A DNA stretch of 63,160 bases, the filler included, from an uncultured Synergistales bacterium (GTDB taxonomy: Bacteria > Synergistota > Synergistia > Synergistales > Aminobacteriaceae): assembly GCA_937897575.1 (NCBI GenBank). It is 4 parts of 4 records of this genome, joined end to end, with 100 filler letters (N's around TTAATTAATTAA, not from the genome) between each part and the next. Parts side by side here need not be neighbours in the genome. Positions count along the whole stretch, not along the records: positions 17,268 to 35,537 come from CALCQG010000147.1; 3 more parts are not named here. One strand, written 5' to 3'. The notes below the pieces were generated by a model, which saw nothing but the letters and a program-made list of their open reading frames with translations, searched no databases and had not been told where the DNA came from. The translations under genes and the position numbers were made by a program. Shown piece after piece: positions 19,659-27,380 of the stretch (within the stretch, counting starts at the first letter, position 1; every line of letters begins with the position of its first letter).

Positions 19659-20044
19659 CGCTCGCCCCCTCCCTGCATGGCGAGGGCGGCGCTCTCCACG
19701 CCCGACTGTCTGAGGAGGTCCAGGACCTCGGCCACGGTGCCGTAGGGTGCCTCCCGGTCTCCGGCGACGAGGATATCCTCCTTTCTCGCCGCCGCATCCC
19801 GGGCCAGGGCGACGAGCTCCTCCCGCTCCACGGGCGTCTCGCCCCAGAGCAGGGCGCCGTCCCGGCGGACGGTGACCGTGAGCGCCGCGCGCTCCTGCCG
19901 GATGGCGTCGCCCTGCGGGAGGTTCACGACGATGCGCCCCGTCCCGAAGGAGGCCGTGAGGACCAGGAAGATGACGAGCATGAAGAGGACGTCGATGAGG
20001 GGCGTGAAGTCGATGGACAAATTCCTCTGCCGCCGTCGGCTCAC
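19655..20044 (-). CDS. exbD: Biopolymer transporter ExbD
   Basis: IDFTPLIDVLFMLVIFLVLTASF and GDREAPYG motifs; GTG start at 20044. Confidence 0.92.
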   Translation of the reverse strand: MSRRRQRNLSIDFTPLIDVLFMLVIFLVLTASFGTGRIVVNLPQGDAIRQERAALTVTVRRDGALLWGETPVEREELVALARDAAARKEDILVAGDREAPYGTVAEVLDLLRQSGVESAALAMQGGGER

Positions 20045-20682
20045 CGCCGCCCCCCCTCCTTTTCCGGCGCCGCGAAGTGGGCCCGGAGCAGGAAGTCGCC
20101 GCCGCGGTTCAGGCACTCCTCCTGGGCGTCGATCCGGCTCGTCAGCAGGCAGTAGACGAAGACTACCGGGATGGCCACGAAGAGGCCCGCCACGGTGGTG
20201 AAGAGGGCCTTCCAAATGCCGCCCGTCACGGCGGTGGCGGTGATCTGCCCCTCGGTGTTCAGGGAGGCGAACATGTCCACCATGCCGAGCACCGTCCCGA
20301 GCAGGCCGAGCATGGGGGCGATCCGGCCCACGACCTCGAGGAAGGCGAGGTGCTTCTCCCATCGGTAGATCTCGCTGCGGATGGTCTGCTCGATCAGCAG
20401 CTTCATGTCCTCCCGTCCGATGCCCCAGTGGAGCAGCGCGACGCGGAAGAGGCGGTGCAGCGAGCTGTCCGACTCCGTCAGCAGACTTCGGAGGGTCCCG
20501 CGGTCATCCCGGTCCATAGCCTCCTGGAAGCGGGCTTCGAGGCGCTCGGGGTCCGTCGAACTTCTCCTGAAGAAGAAAAGGCGCTCGGCGGCCACGGCGA
20601 AGGCCGCCACGGACAGGGCGGCGATGACCCACATGATGACCCCTCCGGCCTGCATATACTGGTACATAGAATCAGCCTCCAT
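20041..20682 (-). CDS. exbB: ExbB/TolQ/MotA proton channel
   Basis: IAPMLGLLGTVLGM and GIWKALFTTVAGLFVAIP motifs. Confidence 0.92.
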   Translation of the reverse strand: MEADSMYQYMQAGGVIMWVIAALSVAAFAVAAERLFFFRRSSTDPERLEARFQEAMDRDDRGTLRSLLTESDSSLHRLFRVALLHWGIGREDMKLLIEQTIRSEIYRWEKHLAFLEVVGRIAPMLGLLGTVLGMVDMFASLNTEGQITATAVTGGIWKALFTTVAGLFVAIPVVFVYCLLTSRIDAQEECLNRGGDFLLRAHFAAPEKEGGRR

Positions 20683-21460
20683 TCTTGTTTTTCAGCACGC
20701 CGAGCGATGCCTCGTAGTCCTCTTTTCCGAAGACCTCCACGGTGAGCACCCGCTCCCTTCCGTCGGCGCACCGCTCGAGCAGAAAGTCCAGAAGGCCGGG
20801 GTCGACGAAGCGCAGGTCCCGGTGATCCGTTCCGTCGGGGTCGACGCCGTGAAGGTGCAGGATTTTCGTCCGCGGCAGATATCGGACGATCAGCTCCCGC
20901 GCCGGAAGGTCGTACAGGACCATGTGACCCACGTCCAGACAGATGGAGAGCCCCAGGCTGCCGATGACGGGCTCTGCGGCCCGGAAGTCGTACCCCAGGG
21001 TCTCCACGCAGAGGAGGGACGGATCGTCGAGGGCCGAGGCCAGCCGCGCCGCCGAACGGTGAACGGCCTCCGTCCAGGTCTTCATGTCCTCCGCTGGCCG
21101 GCCGATTATCCCGGATCCCGTCAGGTGCACCACCCAGCCGAAGGGGGCGAGAAGCGACAGGCGGTCCATGACGGAGAGACAGAGGTCCTCGGCTCGTCGC
21201 CGGTCGCTCTCGCCGACGGTCCCGTCCATCTCCGCGGGAAGGTGGATGGTACAGGTCATGTCCAGCTCCGCGCAGAGGGCGGCGAGCTCCGCGACCTCCG
21301 CAGGAGACGGGATGTTGGAGGCCATGGGCGTATCGAAGAGGACGACCTCCATGTCCGCGAGGTCCGGCGCGAGCTGTCGAAGGTTGTCGGCCAGGGTTCC
21401 CGGCGTGACCCAGGACGTGCCGCCGATCCGAAGACCCGGGAAGGAGATCCGCCCGCTCAT
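20672..21460 (-). CDS. cbiR: Cobamide-remodelling phosphodiesterase CbiR-like protein (AP-endonuclease-2 TIM barrel)
   Basis: ATG 21460 overlaps the btuC stop (ATGA). RIGGTSWVTPG, MEVVLFD, TIHLP, CVETL, CLDVGH, HLHG, DHRDL and TVEVF motifs; lies in a B12-riboswitch operon. Confidence 0.75.
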   Translation of the reverse strand: MSGRISFPGLRIGGTSWVTPGTLADNLRQLAPDLADMEVVLFDTPMASNIPSPAEVAELAALCAELDMTCTIHLPAEMDGTVGESDRRRAEDLCLSVMDRLSLLAPFGWVVHLTGSGIIGRPAEDMKTWTEAVHRSAARLASALDDPSLLCVETLGYDFRAAEPVIGSLGLSICLDVGHMVLYDLPARELIVRYLPRTKILHLHGVDPDGTDHRDLRFVDPGLLDFLLERCADGRERVLTVEVFGKEDYEASLGVLKNKNGG

Positions 21461-22437
21461 GACGGAGCCTGCCTTCTCATGAGGAGCCAGAGAAAGAACA
21501 GGGCGCCCAGGCAGGAGGTCAGAATGCCCACGGGGATCTCCGCCGGCGCCCACAGGGTGCGGGCGATGGTGTCGCAGACGGCGAGGAATCCTCCGCCGAA
21601 GAGCGTGGAGCTCCACGTCAGGCGCCGGTGGCCGCCTCCGCAGAGCATCCGGCAGATATGAGGCCCCAGCAGTCCGACGAACCCGATGGGCCCGCAGAGC
21701 GCCACGTTCATGCCCACCGAGACGGAGACGGCCAGGAAGAGAAGGCGGCGAAGCCGGAGCACGGATACCCCCCGCGCGGCGGCGATGTTCTCGCCGCACG
21801 TGAAGAGGTCCAGCTCGGGGGCGAAGGCCAGCGCCGTGACGAATATGACCGCAAGGGCGGGGAACGCCGCGAGCACCGGGACGAACCCCACGGCCTGAAT
21901 CCCTCCCATGGACCATCGCATCATCCGGAAGGTGTCCACGTAGCCCCCTCCGTACTGGAGGATCATGTTGAGGCTTCCGAAGAGAAAGCTGACCGCCACG
22001 CCGCCGAGGAGCAGCGACGCCTCGGACATCCCCCCCCGGCGCAGGGTCCCCACGGCGGAGATCACCGCCGTGGCCGCCACGGCGCCGATGAATGCCGCCG
22101 CGGAGATCCCGGGGATGATGCCGAAGAGCGTGAAGGTGACTCCGAGGCGTATGGCGAGCACGGCGCCGAAGGCCGCCCCCGTGGAGACGCCGAGCATGTC
22201 GGGGGACGCCAGAGGGTTGCGGAAGATCGCCTGGTAGACCATGCCGCACAAGGAGAGGGTGGCCCCCGTGATCCAGGCGAGGAGTACCCGGGGAAGGCGA
22301 AGTTCCCAGAATATCCTGGCGTCGTTGCCCACCCCGCGCAGCCCGTCGAGGGACAGTGTGTGAGGCCCCACGAGCGGGCAGACGATGAGGGTGACCAGGG
22401 AAAAGACGAGGAGCCCGGGGAGAACGAGCCGCCTCAT
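21457..22437 (-). CDS. btuC: FecCD/BtuC family ABC permease
   Basis: ELRLPRV, FRNPLASPDMLGVSTGA, GPIGFVGLLGPH and EIPVGILT motifs. Confidence 0.9.
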   Translation of the reverse strand: MRRLVLPGLLVFSLVTLIVCPLVGPHTLSLDGLRGVGNDARIFWELRLPRVLLAWITGATLSLCGMVYQAIFRNPLASPDMLGVSTGAAFGAVLAIRLGVTFTLFGIIPGISAAAFIGAVAATAVISAVGTLRRGGMSEASLLLGGVAVSFLFGSLNMILQYGGGYVDTFRMMRWSMGGIQAVGFVPVLAAFPALAVIFVTALAFAPELDLFTCGENIAAARGVSVLRLRRLLFLAVSVSVGMNVALCGPIGFVGLLGPHICRMLCGGGHRRLTWSSTLFGGGFLAVCDTIARTLWAPAEIPVGILTSCLGALFFLWLLMRRQAPS

Positions 22438-23212
22438 CGGAAATCTCCTCTCGGAACCGCATGGGGAAGGGCACCGGGACGAAGGAAAAACGCGTCTCGA
22501 AGATGGAGGAGAGGAGCTCCTCGTTCAGAAAGTCGTCCCGGCGTCCCTGGAGGAGGGCCCGTCCGCCCTTCAGGGCGAGGATCCTGTCGGAACACTGGAG
22601 GGCCAGGTTGATGTCGTGGGTGATCAGGAGCACGGTCCTCCCCTCGTCCCGAATGATCCGTCCGATGAGCTCCACGGTCTCCACCTGATGTCGATAGTCG
22701 AGGAAGGACGTGGGCTCGTCCAGAAAGAGAATGTCCGCCTCCTGGGCGAGCGCGGCGGCGATGAGGGCTCTTTGGCGTTCTCCGCCGCTGAGGAGGTCCA
22801 TGGGACGCTCCGCGAAGGGCTCCATCCCGGCGAGCCGGAGGGCTCGGGAGACGATTCGGACATCCTCGGTCGTCTCACCCCGAAAGGGCTCCTTCCAGGG
22901 GTACCTCGACATGAGGGCGAACTGGCGCACCGTGAAGGGGAGGGAGTCCGTTCCCCCCTGGGGAACCCAGGCGATTCGCCGGGCGATCTGCTTTCCCGAG
23001 AGGCTTCGAAGGGAAGCCCCCTCGAGGAGCACATCGCCTGAATACCTTCGGTGGACCTGGCCGAGGCACCGGAGCAAGCTGCTCTTGCCGGCCCCGTTGG
23101 GGCCGATGACCCCGAGGCATTCGCCCCGGGGCACGGAGCACGAGATCCCGTGGAGGATCTCCCGCCCGTCGAGGGTCAACCCGAGGTTCAGGACCTCCAG
23201 AAAGGCCGTCAC
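22434..23212 (-). CDS. btuD: ABC ATP-binding protein (BtuD/FecE-like); the expected stop is out of frame
   Basis: GPNGAGKS, LSGGERQR, FLDEPT and THD motifs. As read, the frame does not stop at the btuC start but runs on to 20672 (see findings). Confidence 0.85.
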
Positions 23213-24120
23213 GGCGCCCACTCCAGCTCGGGGTGAATCCGCTCGGCGAAGGATCGGAGCATCGCCCCGATCCTGGGGCCCGGGCGGAGGTACACCGTCC
23301 CCTCGAGGATATGGATTTGCCCCGAGCGCACGGCGTTCGTCGCGACGCCCGCGGTCCACTGGCGGACGAGGGCGTCCCTCTGGAAGACGGCGTCCACGTC
23401 GAGGCCGTCGCCGGAGTGGTAGAAACGGCGGTCTCCGACGAGGTCGAGGACGACGTCCGGGTTCAGGATCGCGAGCCCCTCCTGGGCGATGCGGGGGTAG
23501 GCGATGCGCTCCTCATGAGAGGCGTTGACGCCTCCGGCGAGCTCGACGAGCTCGTTGTAGAACGTCCGGCGCCCCGCAGCGTAGAAGGCGGTCACCGTGG
23601 GTTCCGACAGCTCCCTCGAGACGGAGACGAGGACCGAGGGGCGGGATGCGGCGGCGCGCACCGTTCTTCGGACGGCCTCCACCTCGCCCCTGATCCGTTC
23701 GATCTCCGCCGAGGCGCGGGGCTCGGCCCCGCATGCCCGGCCAAGGTCTGCGAGCCCGGCGTAGACGTCGTCGATGCCGTCCTGGCGGAGCAGCACGTGG
23801 GGGATGTTGAGCCGTTCGAGCTGAGGGACGAACTGCTCGTGCAGGTCCTGGATGACCAGCAGGTCCGTCCCCATGGCGAGGAGCCCCTCGAGGTTGAGGG
23901 TGGCGAACCCTCCGATGGACGGCCGCTCCATCGCCTCGGGCGGATAATCGCAGAACTCCGTCACGGCGATGATGCGCTCGCCCTGCCCCAGGGCGAAGAG
24001 CATCTCCGTCCCCACGGGCGAGAGGGAGACGATGCGCTCCGGCGCGGCCTCGAGGCTGCCGCCGGCCAGGACGAGGGCAAGACATGCCGAAAACAAGGCG
24101 GTGAAAAGGGTTCTTCTCAT
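23209..24120 (-). CDS. btuF: Helical-backbone metal/cobalamin-binding protein (BtuF-like)
   Basis: Signal peptide; PERIVSLSPVGTEMLFALG, FCDYPPEA and LRPGPRI motifs. Confidence 0.88.
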   Translation of the reverse strand: MRRTLFTALFSACLALVLAGGSLEAAPERIVSLSPVGTEMLFALGQGERIIAVTEFCDYPPEAMERPSIGGFATLNLEGLLAMGTDLLVIQDLHEQFVPQLERLNIPHVLLRQDGIDDVYAGLADLGRACGAEPRASAEIERIRGEVEAVRRTVRAAASRPSVLVSVSRELSEPTVTAFYAAGRRTFYNELVELAGGVNASHEERIAYPRIAQEGLAILNPDVVLDLVGDRRFYHSGDGLDVDAVFQRDALVRQWTAGVATNAVRSGQIHILEGTVYLRPGPRIGAMLRSFAERIHPELEWAP

Positions 24121-24149
24121 TCTCTCTCCTCTGCGGGTGACGCCACAAC

Positions 24150-24314
24150 AGAGAGAGGACCCCTGCGGGTCCTCTCTGTTCCATGCTCCGGATGGGGTTA
24201 TGCCCGCGCACACCATCCACTGGAATCCTCAGGTTTTCTGGCTTCCGGAGCCGATCGCTCCGGTCACAGTGGCGGGGCCGCTCCGGTTCCGCACCGGATT
24301 GCCCTGAAGATGCC
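24150..24314 (-). ncRNA. Cobalamin riboswitch (compact aptamer 24222-24314 plus expression platform)
   Basis: Minus strand CAGGGCAATCCGGTGCGGAACCGGAGCGGCCCCGCCACTGTGA...GAAGCCAGAAAACCTG (B12 box), followed by hairpins upstream of btuF. Confidence 0.9.
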
Positions 24315-24339
24315 TTCGTCTATTCGATTGTTCCTCTGC

Positions 24340-24368
24340 ATTGTACGTCCTGGAACCCCTCCGGTCAA
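24340..24368 (-). promoter_or_regulatory. Sigma70 promoter of the btu operon
   Basis: TTGACC-17 nt-TACAAT on the minus strand just upstream of the riboswitch. Confidence 0.75.
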
Positions 24369-24500
24369 CGCGGGGGCGAGAATCCGAACTCGTCTGCTTC
24401 GCTGCCCGGGACAGGAGTGTGTCCTTCGTGCCGGACCCGTTGTCCTCCGATTCGTCCCCGTCGGGAACGCTCGGCGGACGCGGCCGACGATTTCGTCCGA

Positions 24501-24529
24501 TTGACAGACGCACCGTCTGTGTCTACAAT
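24501..24529 (+). promoter_or_regulatory. Sigma70 promoter of the T-box/asd transcript
   Basis: TTGACA-17 nt-TACAAT. Confidence 0.8.
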
Positions 24530-24547
24530 GACCATCAGTTTATTGCG

Positions 24548-24805
24548 AAAAGGCGATGAATCGGAGCGCCTTCCCGCGAGATCGGCGACAGAGAGGGGCT
24601 TCACGGCTGAGAGAGGCCCTCGCCGAGGCGGGCGGAGCCGAAAATCCGATGAGCCGGAACGGAAAGAGGGCCTTTGATGGGCCTTCGGAGTACGTCTCCC
24701 GGGAGGGGCCCCCGTCACAGGGTCCGAGCGGAGCGCTGTGATGGGCGCTCAAGCAGGGTGGTACCGCGAGTTCAGGCTCGTCCCTCATGGGGCGGGCCTT
24801 TTTTG
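24548..24805 (+). ncRNA. T-box riboswitch, probable Lys (AAA) specifier
   Basis: Stem I closed by ATCGGA/TCCGAT; AGAGA and GCTGAGA motifs; specifier G-AAA-A at 24640-24644; T-box AAGCAGGGTGGTACCGCG at 24751-24768; terminator with U-tract at 24775-24804. Confidence 0.9.
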
Positions 24806-24837
24806 TGCAGAACATGAAACCGAAGGGGGAGAGTGCA

Positions 24838-25809
24838 GTGAAGCTTGCAGTGGTCGGTGTGACGGGTGAAGTCGGCCGGATGATGGTGCGAGTTCTCCAG
24901 GAACGGAACGTGCGGCCGAAGAAGGTCGCCTTCTATGCTTCGGCGAGGAGCGCCGGGTCCACGATGGCGTTCAACGGAGAGGAGCACGAGGTGCGGGAGC
25001 TCACCAGGAAGGTCATGAAGGAGGGGTACGACTACGTGCTCTTCTCGGCGGGGGCCTCGGTCTCAAGGGAGTACGCCCCCGTGGCGGCGGAGGCGGGCAG
25101 CGTGGTCATCGACAACTCGTCGGCCTTCCGCATGGACGGGGATGTCCCCCTCGTCGTCCCCGAGATCAACGGCGATCTGCTCAAGGGGTACAGGCGAGGC
25201 ATCGTGGCCAACCCCAACTGCTCGACGATCCAGATGGTCCTGGGGCTGTACGGGGTGCACAAGCGCTTCGGCATCCGCTCCATCGTCGTGAGCACCTATC
25301 AGGCCGTGTCGGGCGCGGGGAAAAACGGAATGGACGAGCTCTAGCAGCAGATGAAGGGCGTCATCGCCCCGAAGAAGTTCGTCAAGCAGATCCACCTGAA
25401 CGTGGTCCCCCAGATCGGAGCCCTGCTCGAGAACGGCTTCACCGACGAGGAGATGAAGATGGTCAACGAGACGAGGAAGATCCTCCGGGACCCTCACATC
25501 GACATCTGGCCTACGACGGTGCGGGTGCCCGTCCTGTACGGGCACTCCGAGGCGATCTTCGTCGAGACTCGCAGCGCCTTCGAGATGGCCGAGCTGTCCG
25601 AGGCCCTGGACGGAAGCCAGAGCGTGATCCACACGGAGGATATGGTCACCCCCGTGGACGCGGCAGGCAGCGATTCGGTGTACGTCGCCCGGATCAGGAG
25701 CTTCGACAGGACCCACTTCCTCATGTGGAACGTGGCGGACAACATCCGGGTCGGGGCGGCGACGAACGCCGTGCGGATCCTGCAGAAACACCAGGAGCTG
25801 AACGGCTGA
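24838..25809 (+). pseudogene. asd: Aspartate-semialdehyde dehydrogenase interrupted by an in-frame TAG (25342-25344)
   Basis: VIDNSSAFRM, ANPNCSTIQM, STYQAVSGAG, RVPVLYGHSE and DNIRVGAATNAV motifs. Both ORF-track halves are in the same frame. Confidence 0.85.
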
Positions 25810-25812
25810 CCG

Positions 25813-26745
25813 ATGCACGGATTGCTCGTCATGCTCCCGGTGGCGATCGTCATCGCCATCGGGAACGTGCTTGCCCGCCTCTCCGTCGTGACGCCGGAGG
25901 GTTTCGCCCAGATCAACAGGGCCGTCTTCTGGACGGCCATCCCGGCCCTGATATTCAGGATGACCAGCGGAGCGGACCTGTCGACCCTCTCGGACGGGAA
26001 CATGGTGCTCGTGGTCTACCTCTCCTTCCTGCTGGCGCCGCCCGTGGCGTGGCTCCTGGGCAGATGGTCGGGCGCGGCGGGCGACCGGGCCGCCACGTCG
26101 ACCCTGATGCTCATCCGATCGAACACTGTGTTCATGGGCCTGCCGGTGGTCACGCTGGCCGTCGGTCAGGCCGGGGTGGACATCCTGTCCATGTACGTGG
26201 CGGTGACCTTCGTGGGGTATCAGATCATCTCGCTCTGGTGGGGGACCTGCGCCCTTTCGGGCGGACTGTCGTGGCCCGTCGTGCGGTCGAGCCTGAAGCG
26301 GCTGGCTGTCAACCCCCTCGTGGTGTCGAGCGTGCTGGGGTTCGCCTTGGCCGTCCTCGGCTGGAATGACTTCCCGGCCTGGATGGACGAGACCCTCAAG
26401 CTCCTCGGCAACGTGGCCAGCGGGATGGCTCTCCTCTCCCTCGGCGGTTCGCTGCAGGTCTCCGGCATTCCGGGAATGGTCGTCCGGTCCTGGCGAGATG
26501 TGGCGCTGAAGCTCCTCTTCCTGCCGGCGCTCACCTGGGCGCTCTTCCTGCTGTGGCCCGTGCCGCCCGTCGTCCTCCGGACGGTGGTCCTCATCGCCGC
26601 CATGCCCGTGGCCGTGGACTGCTTCATCCTCTCCCGGGTCCTCGGCATGGACGGCGACTACGCCGCCGATACGATCATGGCCAGCACGTTCCTCTCGGCC
26701 CTCACGGTTCCACTCTGGATACTTCTGCTCGACGCCCTGGCGTAG
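25813..26745 (+). CDS. AEC (auxin efflux carrier) family transporter
   Basis: About 10 TM segments; AIPALIF, SNTVFMGLP, NPL and AAMPVAV motifs. Confidence 0.85.
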   Translation: MHGLLVMLPVAIVIAIGNVLARLSVVTPEGFAQINRAVFWTAIPALIFRMTSGADLSTLSDGNMVLVVYLSFLLAPPVAWLLGRWSGAAGDRAATSTLMLIRSNTVFMGLPVVTLAVGQAGVDILSMYVAVTFVGYQIISLWWGTCALSGGLSWPVVRSSLKRLAVNPLVVSSVLGFALAVLGWNDFPAWMDETLKLLGNVASGMALLSLGGSLQVSGIPGMVVRSWRDVALKLLFLPALTWALFLLWPVPPVVLRTVVLIAAMPVAVDCFILSRVLGMDGDYAADTIMASTFLSALTVPLWILLLDALA

Positions 26746-26753
26746 AAACAGGA

Positions 26754-26784
26754 AGAGGGCCCGGTTCGCGGGAACCGGGCCTCT
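26754..26784. terminator. Hairpin between the convergent AEC and hutD genes
   Basis: AGAGGGCCCGGTTC...GAACCGGGCCTCT inverted repeat. Confidence 0.7.
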
Positions 26785-26786
26785 GT

Positions 26787-27380
26787 CTATCGTTCTGTCA
26801 GCGTGATGCGGAGGACCTTGGACGCCCCGGGGCCCCCGATCGAGAGCGCCGTCCCCGTCTCGTAGTCCTCGAGGATGACCAGCTCCATGGCTCTCAGGCG
26901 CTCCTGCAGGGCGCCGCGAACGTCGACCTCGCCCCGGAGGCAGAGGAGGACGGTGATGTCCCCCGCCAGCCGGATGGGCGTCTCGCCGGCGAACTGGTCC
27001 ATCAGCTCGTAGGCGCAGGCGAGGCGGTCCCGCCTCGTGATGATGTTGAAGTCCACCGCGGGACTGCCCCGCAGCGAGCAGTGGACGTCGTCCTCGCCGC
27101 GAAAGGCGATGGACGAGTAGGGTTCGGCGAGGGACGCGCCCGACCCGTTCACCGAGAGGTCCATCCCCTCTCCCGAGAGGAGGAAGAGGACGCGGTCGTA
27201 ACCGGGGAAGGGTGAGAAGGGCCCGCCCGCGGCGACGTCGGCGGAGCTGAGCCGCCAGAGGAAGTCGCCCGCCCCGAGAGAGGCCCCCTCGGGGGCGATG
27301 TGCATCTCCCTGGTGACGCCGAGGCCGTTTCTCCAGGGCATGGCCCTGAAGTCGGCCGGGCCCTTCTTCACTCGTTTCAT
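26787..27380 (-). CDS. hutD: HutD/Ves family protein
   Basis: MPWRNGLGVTRE, WRLSSADV, FSPFPGYDR and DFNII motifs; overlaps the hutU stop. Confidence 0.88.
   Translation of the reverse strand: MKRVKKGPADFRAMPWRNGLGVTREMHIAPEGASLGAGDFLWRLSSADVAAGGPFSPFPGYDRVLFLLSGEGMDLSVNGSGASLAEPYSSIAFRGEDDVHCSLRGSPAVDFNIITRRDRLACAYELMDQFAGETPIRLAGDITVLLCLRGEVDVRGALQERLRAMELVILEDYETGTALSIGGPGASKVLRITLTER

Noticed and set aside
25342..25344. Genome-wide TAG reassignment
   Set aside because: TAG ends iorA, the AEC gene, dctM and grdB at their expected C-termini.
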